This document shows, piece after piece, positions 24,301 to 36,300 of a stretch of 64,000 bases of DNA. The notes under the pieces are model-generated. The model saw only the letters and a program-made list of their open reading frames with translations, was not told the origin of the DNA and did not search any database. This stretch comes from Rhina ancylostomus. Taxonomy: Eukaryota. Location of the stretch: assembly GCA_030265395.1 (NCBI GenBank), contig JARFYF010000063.1:79549849-79613848 (forward strand). The letters run 5' to 3'. Numbering within the stretch: the stretch's first letter is position 1; the number at the start of each line of letters is the position of its first letter. The position numbers were made by a program, and so were the translations under genes.

Positions 24301-27300
24301 GGTGCCTTGGAGGAATTAGGTTTTTGTAAATAGCTGCTTCTAAATTCAGCTGTTGAATTTGCAAGTGTAACACTTGAAATCTACTTACAGGTGTCGTTCA
24401 GAAAAAGGCAGAAGGAAAAAAACAAAAGGATGAAAGTAAGTCATTTCCTGGTTATGTCAGAGAGGTGCATATTAACATCTGTTGGATTTTCCAGAATACT
24501 GTAAGTTTAAAAGGGAGGATCTAAAAAAAAACTAGATTTCATTGGCTAAAAGTTTCTCAGAATAACTGCTAACAATAGATGTGTTTTAATTTTGATTGTA
24601 TATATCCAAAATGTCCAATATATCCATCACTTGTTTAGCTTCAGATTTTTTTGTCTCACTCAGAGGGTCATGAATCTTTAGAATTATTCAGGGCAGAGGT
24701 AGTTGGAATCTTGATAAACAAGGAAATAAAAGGTTACTGGGGGTAGGCAGGAATTTGGACTGTGATCTTATTGAATGGTGGAGCAGGCTTGCAGGATGTA
24801 TTCTTAATTTGTTTGTTCATAATCCTCACCTGCCTCACTGTGTAGCACACCCTCTGAGGGATAATCATGGTAATATTTTTCCTGTCTAACTCGCCCAATG
24901 TTGTGCTGACTATTGGGACTTCACTTTTTGACTCAGCTATGGATAATGCCATTGAAATTAATGCTATTATTTTNNNNNNNNNNNNNNNNNNNNTGTTAAT
25001 GGAAAACAGGCTAATAGGTGAAACCTTGTGCCTCTCCTTCTCCCCCACCCACCTTCCTGCTTGTCTGTACCTTCCAGGTCTTGCTCCAACCAGACTTTTG
25101 CCTTGTACCTTGACCTGGTCTAACACTGCTCTGGCACATGTTCTATCTTTTAAATATTTGACATTTTCACTGCTTTTTGCTTATTGTTTAAATTGTTCAT
25201 TTGTTCATTCCGTACCCCTTGCATCATACAAAAGAAATGTTCGTCTCCGTACTACCACTTAGCAACATAATTGAAAATAACTGCGTCATTTCCCACACAT
25301 GTACTGATTACATCCAGCTCTACCTTACCATCCCTATATTTAGCAAGTGTCTGAAACTGAGCAAGCATGGTATCATGAATGATCCTGAGATGAGTTTTAG
25401 ACCACACATTTTTCATCCCTTTTTCCAACTCTCTGACATCTTCCAATTCCACCCTTGCCTGATCTCATTTGCTGAAACTCTCATCCTTGACTTTGTCATC
25501 TCTAAACTTGACTCTTCCAGTGCAGTCCCAGCTGGCTTACCTGTAGCCACCATGAACTTGAGGTCATCCAAAACTATGCCCATGTACTAATCTATTCAAG
25601 TCCTGGTACACTTGTTAAACTATTGCTTGCTGACCCAGTTTTAAAAATTCATTTATTTAAAGATTTTCTTCCTTGTTTTGAAATCTCTCCATTACGTTAC
25701 ACCTTCATGCCATTATAATCTCCTCTGGTATGATCAACTTTGAGATATCCATGACCTTCTGATCATCCTGTGGAGTGCACTGTCTGAACCCTGCCATCTC
25801 TCAGTCATCTCTTTTAGGATACTCCTTCGAACCCAGCTCTTTAAGCATTTGTTCATCTTCCACACTGTTTCTATGTGTTTTCCCTATAATTTTCCTATGA
25901 AACCCCAATGTTTTAAAAATACTAAATGCAAATTGCCTTATTGTGCAATCTGGTGAGTGCTTTTCATAGGTTCCCGTGTAGTGTATGCAGTGAAATTTAG
26001 CAGTTCATGTTTAGGAGACAATAAATTTTCTTTTAGTGTGATAATATTGGTAGAGTTGCAAAAACTGGGGGTTGTAATTTAATGGGATTATCAGGAGTCC
26101 AGATGTTACTATTTGGGAGTAGTTAATTTTGGGAAAGGCATTGTTCAGAAATTAAGAGGACTATAGGAGTCCCACCATTTTTTATTCTGGGCCCAGGTGC
26201 TTGGTTTGCTTTGTGTATGCTGTATATACTTAATGTGGATAAACATTTTGTTCCAGAGTTCTCCAGGGTTTAGCTTGTGTTTCTGCACTATTCATGGACT
26301 ATGGTAATATATGACAATCCTTCAGCCCCTACTCAGAGTAAGGCAGATCAGGATAGTTATTGCATGAACTCCGTATGGGAGCTGGTAAAATACACCAACC
26401 AAATTTCATATCTCTGTTAGGTCTCAATCAACAATTGTCAGTTAATTTACATTGAAGAATGTTAGTACAATGCACATTATTAATTCCTAAAATAACTCAG
26501 TTATGTTGGATGTATACCAAGCAGCAGAGTGGTCCAGAAAGGATTCTCTTTCCAGATGATGACTTGATTTCCTCTGGTGGCAGTTTGATTTAGCTAATAG
26601 CATTTTTTTTTTGTTTTCCCTTGAGATATTTCATCAGAATATTGTTTTATGTTTAATATATTGTTACAGTGTAAGAATGTGTGCCTCATCCCAGTCAGTC
26701 TGTGTTGATCTTTATCCTTTGTGAATTATAATTTAATATAATTTACCCACCCTGTTGCTACATCCCTTCAAATTCTTTCCCTTCTTCCTCCTGTTTGACC
26801 TGTTTTGTATTTCACAACTTGTATTTCCACAATTTAATAATCCTCTGAAAATGTTTCATTCACCTTTGTGAGCATTTAAGGTACATAACACTATTTTCAA
26901 GTTTCTGGAACCCTGGACAATATTCCTTCAATTGATGAAATGGTTTCACAGATGTTGGAAACATTGCCATGTCAATTTCCATCATTTTTTTTCAGACTGT
27001 TTATGCTCTTGAGACACCTTACGTGCTGAAGGTGATTTTTAAATTGTATCCATGCAACTTGCCTCTGAGGCACTTAGTACTCTAGCTTTTGTTTTATTGT
27101 TGCTGTTCTAGTTTTAAGTCAGGTATTCCTATACCAAATCTGAGTGTATCATTCTCATGGTAATGTGGTCCATCCTCAGCCAGTGGTCGACACTGGCTCA
27201 CCTAACCCATCTATGTAGGTGTTTCCATTTTGTTTTTCCCTGCCTCTTCACGGAAGGGTTCTAATGGACTTGCAACTCATTGTGGCAACTTAGAATCACG

Positions 27301-30300
27301 CTATTCAATGAGTACTCCAATGAATGTGTGGGAGATACTGCAAATGACCATGACTGCAGGGATGAGAGGAAAAAATTCTAAGATGGTGGCACTGGTTCTG
27401 GGGAAGTAGGGGTGTGTACATGTTGGTTAAGTTGATTTCACCAGGTCTGGAATTGGTATCTATTGGGAAAGGTTTAAACCATTTCTGCAGGGTTATTGAG
27501 AACCTGAGTTTTCCAGAATGGACCAAGGCACAGTTGAATGTGACCATTAATGGATTATAAACATGTTTGGAAAGTGGAAGGAAAAGAACGATGTGGAGGG
27601 AATGTAGGATACATACTGTGATTCAGGGAATCCAGGAGCTATGGCTAATAAACTGAACAGAGCAGATGAATGGAAATGCATATGAGAACATGATATCATA
27701 TCTGTTGATGAGAAATGACTCAGAGGTAAAGGATGCCAGCTTCTGGTTACAGGAGTTAGATGGGCTTGAAAAGGAGAGAAAAAGAGGCAGGTGTGGCAGC
27801 AGTGGTTTTAAACCAACAACAGCTGCAACTGTGAGAAAGGGTGATAAGCTATAAGGGTCAACAAATGGGATCATAGAGATTGAGCGAGAAATGAAATAGT
27901 AGCAATCACACTGGAAATGTACTTTCAACCCACATGATATAGGCATGTTTTTGAGAGATACAAAAATAATAGGGCAGAAATTGTAGGGGATTTCCATTAT
28001 CATTGCAATAGCTAGGACATAAACAGTGTAAAAGAAAGAATGTACTGAATTCTTAAAATGGATTAAAGAGGATGTCTTTAGTAAGAATGAGGGAAGTCTA
28101 ACAATGTAAAGGAAGTACTGAACTTTGTTCTGAGGAATGAATCTGGGTAGGTGGAAGGGGTAGCAGTGCAACTGATGGTGATCAAAATTCAGCTGGATAT
28201 GGAAAAGGACAAAGACCAGAAGTTAGTTATTAAACTAAGCAAATTGGAAATAGCTGTTTCAGTCTATGAAGGTGGGAGGCATTCAGGGAAGAGAGGGTGA
28301 GGGCTCAGACCATATGGTTGTGATGAGAAAAAAGTGGGGATGAAGTGGTTAGGGGATGAATCCCAAATATGGGTTCCATCACCATTCCCTTTCCCGATTG
28401 GTGAAGCACATTCAACATTGAATAAGGCAAACTAAACAGAAAGCCTCTGTCGTACTCAGAAATTAACACTGTATAAAACAAGTTCAGACTCAGCTAGGGT
28501 CCTGTGAAAATTTAGATGCCACATACAAGAAGGATGTGATACAACTTGAGAGGATGCAAAGATATGAGAGAATGTCACCAGGATTTGAGCATTTTGGTTG
28601 TGTGAAAGATTGGCTGGGCTGGTAGTTATTTTCTTTGGAACCAAGAAATCCGAGGAGAGATTTAATTATTAGATGAGGTGAACTAGAAGGACCAATGTCC
28701 CACAGCAGAGATGTCAGTAATGGGGAGGGGATATCAGATTTAAATTAATTGGAAAAAGGATTGAGAGGGAGTTGAGGGTAAAGACCAATCACCCAGAGGG
28801 TACTACAGGTTTAGAGCTCTGTTTGAAGGGGACAAAACTGTCAACGCACTTAAGAACCACCAGGCTGAGTAGTGGATATGTTGTAACCTACCAGAGGCTG
28901 AATTTTTGACTGATAAGGGTTCAGTGAGCTGAAGGATGGAGATGGATTTCCTGATCATGGTGGTATCCATTTGGAAGCATGTGAGACTTAATATACAAGT
29001 AAATGTACATGCTCTAACTGGATGTACCCTTTCCTTGGGACATACAATCCATCTGTTTTCAAGTGTATTTTAATAACTCCTTGAAGTTGTCTTGAATGAG
29101 ACAGTTAATAACTTCTACTAATCTGGTAGACCTCATTGGGGCATGCAGTAAATGATAAACCAGGTCATTATATTTTCAAAGGATCATAAGTGCTCACAAT
29201 TAGTACTGCAGCTCTTACTGTGATGATTTGCTTTATGTTATTCGTCCTTCTATCAATTGAACAATTGTGAGTATTAATTTGGTTCCACAAACATCTTGGT
29301 GTTCTCTTTGCATCAGCAAAATTCCTTACATGGAAGGCACATTTGCCTTTAAATCTCTCGTTATAGAATTATATTTTGTGGTTACTTTAAATGCTTTAGT
29401 TTAACTTGATTCTGTCTGATACTTGGAAATTTATTGTATCATGACTCAAAAGGTGTCACAAAATACAGCTTTTTATCACAAATTATAAAGCTTGTACGGG
29501 GTTCTCAACTTGCAGTGAAACATACGTTTCCATTATGTTGCAACTGGCCTCTTGTTAGGGTAAAGAAAGTTGCATAATTTTTTTCCAAAAGGTGCTCACA
29601 TTGAAAGGAAAGTGCCTTCAATATAGTTATCAACTACACAGCTTTCACATTTCTTGCTCGGATTTGAGAATCTTTGTAATTCTGTGTGTCTCAGAATAGA
29701 TTGAGTTATTGCTGTCGGGTGTACAAGGGGAAAATTTTGGGTTTTGCAGAAAATTGAATTTGAATAGTTATCTTAAGTTGTGGTTTTGTTTTGGAATTTT
29801 ATAAGACCGTTGATTTATTGTGCTAGAAACTCCATCTTTGGTATGGGCTCAGCAATTTTACTAAATTCTGTTTAATTTATTTGGACAACATTTCCTATAA
29901 TTAAGAAAAATACAATTCAGTTAAGTACTGTCTCCCCAGTCTTCAATTGTTTTAATCACAAAAAGATGCAAAAAAACCAGTTTGTTCATTGTTTCAATAT
30001 TATGCATAGACTACCATTAAGAAGCATTTTTCCTTGTTCAAGCTAAACTTTTCCAAGTAGGATCAAAATTCCTAAACTTTTACAAATGTATTATTTGCAT
30101 GAAAGTGAAATTGCTGAATATAAAATTTAAAAAAATTAAAATGTTTTAGAAGTAATGCAAAATTAGATTTGTAAGAAGATGGATATTGGAAAGATTTGCA
30201 TTTATGTAATGTCTTTCGCATCTTTCACAATATGCCAATGGGTGTAGTAACTAATAATGTAAGCAAACCTTGAAGACATTTTTGTTTAGAAAAATACAGT

Positions 30301-33300
30301 TTTAAGTGTAATATAAATAATTAATAGAAATTAAATGTAGTACAATAAAATTTTGGCATCTATAAATTTACTGTTGATGTAGAATATCTTTTAAAAAAAA
30401 TCCATTATAGATTTATTTAATGGAAGGTTCTGGGACAAGTTTGTTTATGTTAGTTGATATTGGTCTGATCTGTCTGTCCCTCTTTTTTTCCTTTGGGGAA
30501 ACTGGAAACTTGCTAATCTATCTTTGGAAGTCTTTTGGAAGTTTGGCATGCTTTGTGATTCTGTTGCATTCTGCTCATCTATCTTGAAATTGTGTTGATT
30601 GTTGGTATGTTGTAGTGTTTTCCATTTCTTTTTAATCAATACTGTATCTGTAACTTTTGTTCTTTCATCAGACCGATGCACCATCCTTTATTCCAGGTGG
30701 ACAGCTTGCTCCACAACCTTTGGGCCAGCGAAGTGGCGGAAGTAAACCACAGGCCATTGAGAGTCCAAGACAGACGGCTTATGAAATGAGAGTACAGGGT
30801 AGAGATCAACAAAATAGGGTGAGATTATGATGGGCTTTAGGAACAAAGCAAATGTTTCGTATGATCAGATGTTTGTGTCGAATTTGTTTACCTATTCAGG
30901 AAATAGCCCTTGTATGAGAAGAATGATTGAGCTATTTTCTAAGATGCTGAAGCTCTTGTACAATTCTTGTGAGCTGAATTAGGGATGTAGCTTGGTGAAG
31001 ACTTTTTTGTTGAATTTGTCCTGTTAGTTCACAAAACATGAAATACATTTGGATTTTATTTGAAAAAGAAATTAGACTGCAAAAAGTAACTTATTTTCAA
31101 TGAGTTAAACCAACATACAATTTATTTGGCAATCAAAAATCTGCAGATGCTGGAAATCTGAAATGAAAAACAGAAAATGCTGGACAGCCAACATCCTTGG
31201 AAAGATGAGCAGGGATAACATTTCAGATTAAGTAATAGGAAAGTGAGACAGCAAGTTAGGTTTAAGTTGCAAAGAAGGGGAAGGATGCATAGGATAAAGG
31301 GAATACCTCTGATCAGGGAAGGGTTCTGAGGTGATCTATCAACAAGATGGAGCAGTCTGGTTGATAGATTTGGGTGGTTGGAGAAAGGAAGAAGCAAAGG
31401 GATATACAAAAGCTGTGAAATAGAGGTCATGATTGTCAAAAATGACCAGCAGATCAGGGAGTACCAGTGGGGAGAGAAAAACTAATAGTTGGGTATTCTT
31501 ACAGCAGAAATGATAAATTGAAAGTGTCGGACGGTATTGAGAGAAAGTTTAAAAATTGGAGTGGGGTAAAGTTTTAAAGAGACAGGCAACTGAAAACTGT
31601 AGACTGAATGGAGTTGTTTGACAATGGTCACCCATTTGTGTTTGGTTTCTTATATATAGAAGCGTCTACATTGTGAGCACCAAATGCAATTCACTAAATT
31701 GGAAGAAGTATGTCTGAGGGGAGTGTTTGGTCTCTGGATGGTGGGAAGGGATGAAGTAAAAGAGCAGATGTGGTACTTTCTGTGGTTGCATTGAGAAGTA
31801 CTGTGAGGAGGTGGGTGGTTGCTGGAGATGGAAGTGGCAAAGGGCAAAGCACTTTCAGAATGCAGTGAAGAGATTGGAAAGTATGTCCGGTGGTGGACTC
31901 TCATGGAACCAGGTGCATATTTCAAAGGATGATCCATGGATTACAGAGGCTGGTGAGGGGGGAGGGTTGTGTGCAAAGGTAGAGGAAATACACAAGCCAT
32001 AGTCGATGGTTCTGTCAAACATGGTGGCTGAGGAGGTGGTATGGTAANNNNNNNNNNNNNNNCCCGGCTCAGTCACGTATTGGAGCTGGAGAACTGTGGA
32101 CAAAGGGATTCATCTCCAAGTCACTTGTATGGAAAATCATGTTGTCAGTGTTGGTGCAGCAGAGAAACAGGAAGAAGGCAATGGACTTTTGTGGGAGGGG
32201 GAGCTGTAGCCTTGAAATAGATGTTGGTGGTTAACCTGTCCCTTGAGACGGAGACTGGAAAATTCAGAAAGGGAAGGGAAAAGTCAGAGATGGATAATGT
32301 GATGGTGAGAGCAGGGTGGAAAAATAATGAAATTTTCAAGTTCTATATGAATGCAGGAAGCAGCATCAATAAATTCAATTCGCTGGAAAAGGATTTAAAA
32401 GTATGAGACCTGGGTGGGACTGAAACAAAGACAATTTTGCATATCCCACAAAAAGACGGGTGTAGTTTGGAACCATGGGAGTTGCCGTAGCTGCCTCTTT
32501 GACCTCGAAGGCAAATGCAGTTGAAGGAGTTATTATCCAATATGGGAACAAATTCAGCCAGGCAAATGAGTGTATTGGTGGAGGGGAACTTAGTTAAGAA
32601 AGTAGGAGTGCCCTTAGATGGAGGTGCAGAGGGATTGTATGTTCATGGTGAAAGAGGGCTTTAGAGGTATCAGAGCTGTAAGTGGACAGGGACTGGACAG
32701 TAGAGAAAAGGTGGAGTGAAAGTAATGTTGTCCAAGAACAGGCTGAAAAATAATGAGATGGCCTGGATAATCCTTGTGAAACTTGGGCAATCGACTGAGG
32801 CTAGTGGCTGTGGAGGGAAGACCTGAGGAAATGAGATCAGAATTCTTTTTCTCCTTCTCTCCAACAACACTCACTAATCTATTAAGCAAAAGACTCTAAC
32901 CCTGATCTTGCCCTGTCAGAGATTTTCCCCTTGGTCCATTCCCAGCCTCTCTAACTTAAAACTAACTTGTTTTTTCATTTTCCCAGCTCTGATGAAGAGC
33001 CTTTGACCTGAAATATTAATTATGTTGCTCTTTCCACAAATGCTGATGGACTTGCTGAGTATTTACAGCATTTTCTGTTTTTATTACAAATTTTTAGTTC
33101 TGGAAAATCCTTTTGTAATATCTTTAAAGTTTACAACAATCCACATATGAGACTATGTTTGATGTTTTCAGATTGTTTGGTGTGTGTTCTTAAGTTATTC
33201 TATTGCATATTTTCTTGCACTCAATAGAGTATTCTCATGCAATTTCTTCCTGCTGCACTTTATCCCGATGCACTCTTGTTGCATGGTTACTGAGCTAGTA

Positions 33301-36300
33301 AATGTTTGCTCAGCTCTTCTGAAGAAAGCCAGGTAAAGGAATGATTATACTAAAATTGGAATGAGACATATGAGCAGTCAAGAGTCTTCAGCATACGATG
33401 GCTTTTACCAGAGTATTTGTTCAGTTGTATATTTGTTGTTTAAATGGATTACAATCTTCACCAACTTGCCGTTTCTTTCCAATCCAGCCCTTTCTGCCAT
33501 GAAAATAGCTCTTTTTAGTTCTGATCATTTTCATACATCTGCATGCTTTTTTCAAATAGCTTAGTGGTTAAGTATTTCAAAGATTAATTTAAATGTTGTT
33601 CTTTNNNNNNNNNNNNNNNNNNNNNNNNNNNNNNNNNNNNNNNNNNNNNNNNNNNNNNNNNNNNNNNNNNNNNNNNNNNNNNNNNNNNNNNNNNNNNNNN
33701 NNNNNNNNNNNNNNNNNNNNNNNNNNNNNNNNNNNNNNNNNNNNNNNNNNNNNNNNNNNNNNNNNNNNNNNNNNNNNNNNNNNNNNNNNNNNNNNNNNNN
33801 NNNNNNNNNNNNNNNNNGTAATTTTAAAGAGTCTTTCTTTCTTCACCCCCCACCATATCTCATTTAAATTATTTGTTGCTAATTAGGAGAGAGCCAGATG
33901 CAATTGATATCATTGTAGTCTCCTGGAGATTTGAGACTCCAGGTTACTTTTAAAAAGTGTTCCTTTCCTGCTTACAAAGATGCTGAGAATTTTAGAAATT
34001 TGGAGGGATTAGTTTCTCAATGTTTTTGTACAGCAAGGTGAAGTGAAGTGGATATAAATGGATAATTTCACAACTTGCAAAGGGAAATATAAATGTAGTT
34101 TCAACAAGGAAATGGAGCAAAGCAATGAAGTTAAAGCAGATTTGCTGAAAAGTGGATGAATGTCAAATTAGTGGATTACTAACTTTTGTACATTTTGAAT
34201 TTTGAGTTTTGCCCACTTGATTGCAGTTCTTTTAATGAACTGACTTGAAAATATTTTTGCATTAAAACCACAATTTTATGCACATTTTCAGGCTTTCCTC
34301 AGCAAGATCATAAACAGTGGTAGTATGAGAATTGGAAATATATGCTTTGGTTTTATGGGAGCAACTTTGAAGCTGGGCTTAGGAATGCTGTAATATTGAA
34401 CTCCTGGCATGCTTGGGAGTGAGCAAGCAGCTAAGTTTTCATATTCTAGAAAAGCCCAAACACTGTTTGAAGGAGCTTACCTAAATGCCTAATACATAAA
34501 CTTAGAAAATTAGAGAGACATAAGGCAGAAAAGGAAAATGTCATATGCAGTGAATGCACATTTGAGCTGCCCTCCCCAAAATGGAGCACAGGGAAAATGT
34601 TTGAATGTTGAAAAGAATTGTAGTAGCTTCCTTTGCAGGGGTCATAGGTCTATAATTTTATTCTTTTTTTATGATTTATTTGTGAACATTTTGTTTTTTT
34701 GACAAGAATTACATACTCTGAGAAACCAAAGCATATAACCTTTGGATTAAGTTACTAAGTTGTTTAATAAGAATAGATTTCATGTCCGGAAGCATTTTTA
34801 TATTGTAGTTTTGTGACAAGAGCAATCTTAGCAGTGTGGTATTTGTTGACATGAATGAGATCTGAATTAACTGAAGTCTGTGGATTCTTTGGCTATAGCA
34901 AACTCATCCATGTTTTCTCATGCCCGAATGTTGAGTGAGAGAATCAGCCTGCCCATTCAGACAGTTTTGCATTGGCTGGTTTAATCTCTGTGATTTTCTC
35001 AAACACTTGAGACACAGATTGCTGTAATGTTAGCAGTGAAAATTCAAAAGCTGCTGCACAGTTTGCTGCTCAAATGATCGTGGAAAAACAAATGTGCAAG
35101 AAGCGGTGGTTATAAAAAGACCAGATGGTCTTTTACTCCTCAACTAGATTCCCAAACGCTGGATTTATCTGAATTTACAGAGAGAAGAATGAGGTTTGGT
35201 AAAATGACAGTGAACAAATGGAAAAAGCAACTCCCTTCTGAAAAGAATTCAAGAACATAATGAAGAAAGGGTGTTAAGAATTTTGTGATGCAGGTTGACT
35301 AGTTTTCAAACAGTCACATGAAAATTCTCGAAGGCATATTATCTTCCCATTTTTAATGGGAAAGAAAACTTTTGGAACTTGAGAGAGAAATTGCATGGTT
35401 TCTAGAAAAACAAGTAAGCAAGGATTTTGCTTTGGAAGATAAATGGTGCATTGTAAATCTGTTGGAATTCTTTACGGATACAATGGTTAGTAGATGAAGA
35501 GAAAATGGGATGTAAGCCTTTTGGAAAATAATTGATGTTATCCTGTATTGAGATTACATTCATTTGCCTCTGAAGGGCATGCTGCTAAGTTGTTCGTTGC
35601 CTGATACTAAACTTCCAAAATAGAGTCTGAACTTCTTAACAAAAAAAAAGTTGAAAATGCTAGAACAGCTCAGCAGGTCAGGCAGCATCTGTGGAAAGAA
35701 AAAGGTCCAGGGCTGAATGTTAACTGTTCCTCTCTCCACAGATTTGGTCTAACCTGCTGAATTTTCAACATCTTTTGTTTTTATTTTAGGTTTCCAGCAT
35801 CTGCAGGTTTTTGATTGTTCAAGACAAAATGTTACTAGGTAGACAGTGGGAAAAGTTGAAGGATGCCCTCAAAGCCTCTATGGGAAAAATTGTTACATCA
35901 TAGGTGGGAATCCCTGGCCCCCGATCATTCAAAGTGGAGGCCAAATATTCAGGATGGCATTGAGAGCCTGGAACCCATTTGTAGGGAGCACTTGGAAGCC
36001 CAGCGTAAATAGCAGAAAAAATGAACCATTTGCCTATCTTATCAAGTACTTCCTTCCATACCTGTAATAGTCTCCTGCTCCCATATTGGCCTCACTGGAC
36101 ACTTCTGAGCACACAGAACTGAAGTGGAAGTAGGTCATCTCCTGAGTGACTGCCTAAGGAGGAGAGGAGCATAGGGTGCAAGATAGTGCACCTTGCATAT
36201 CGGCCTCCTGAAAGCATTAATGAAGAAGCAAGATAGCTAAACAGTGATGAAAGAGTCCTGTTGCTAAATGGGTTGTCAAAGTGAGAGACTTAAATTGTCA

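Noticed and set aside
27623-28171. 182-aa minus-strand ORF
   Set aside because: Antisense to a purine-rich decayed CR1; no domain
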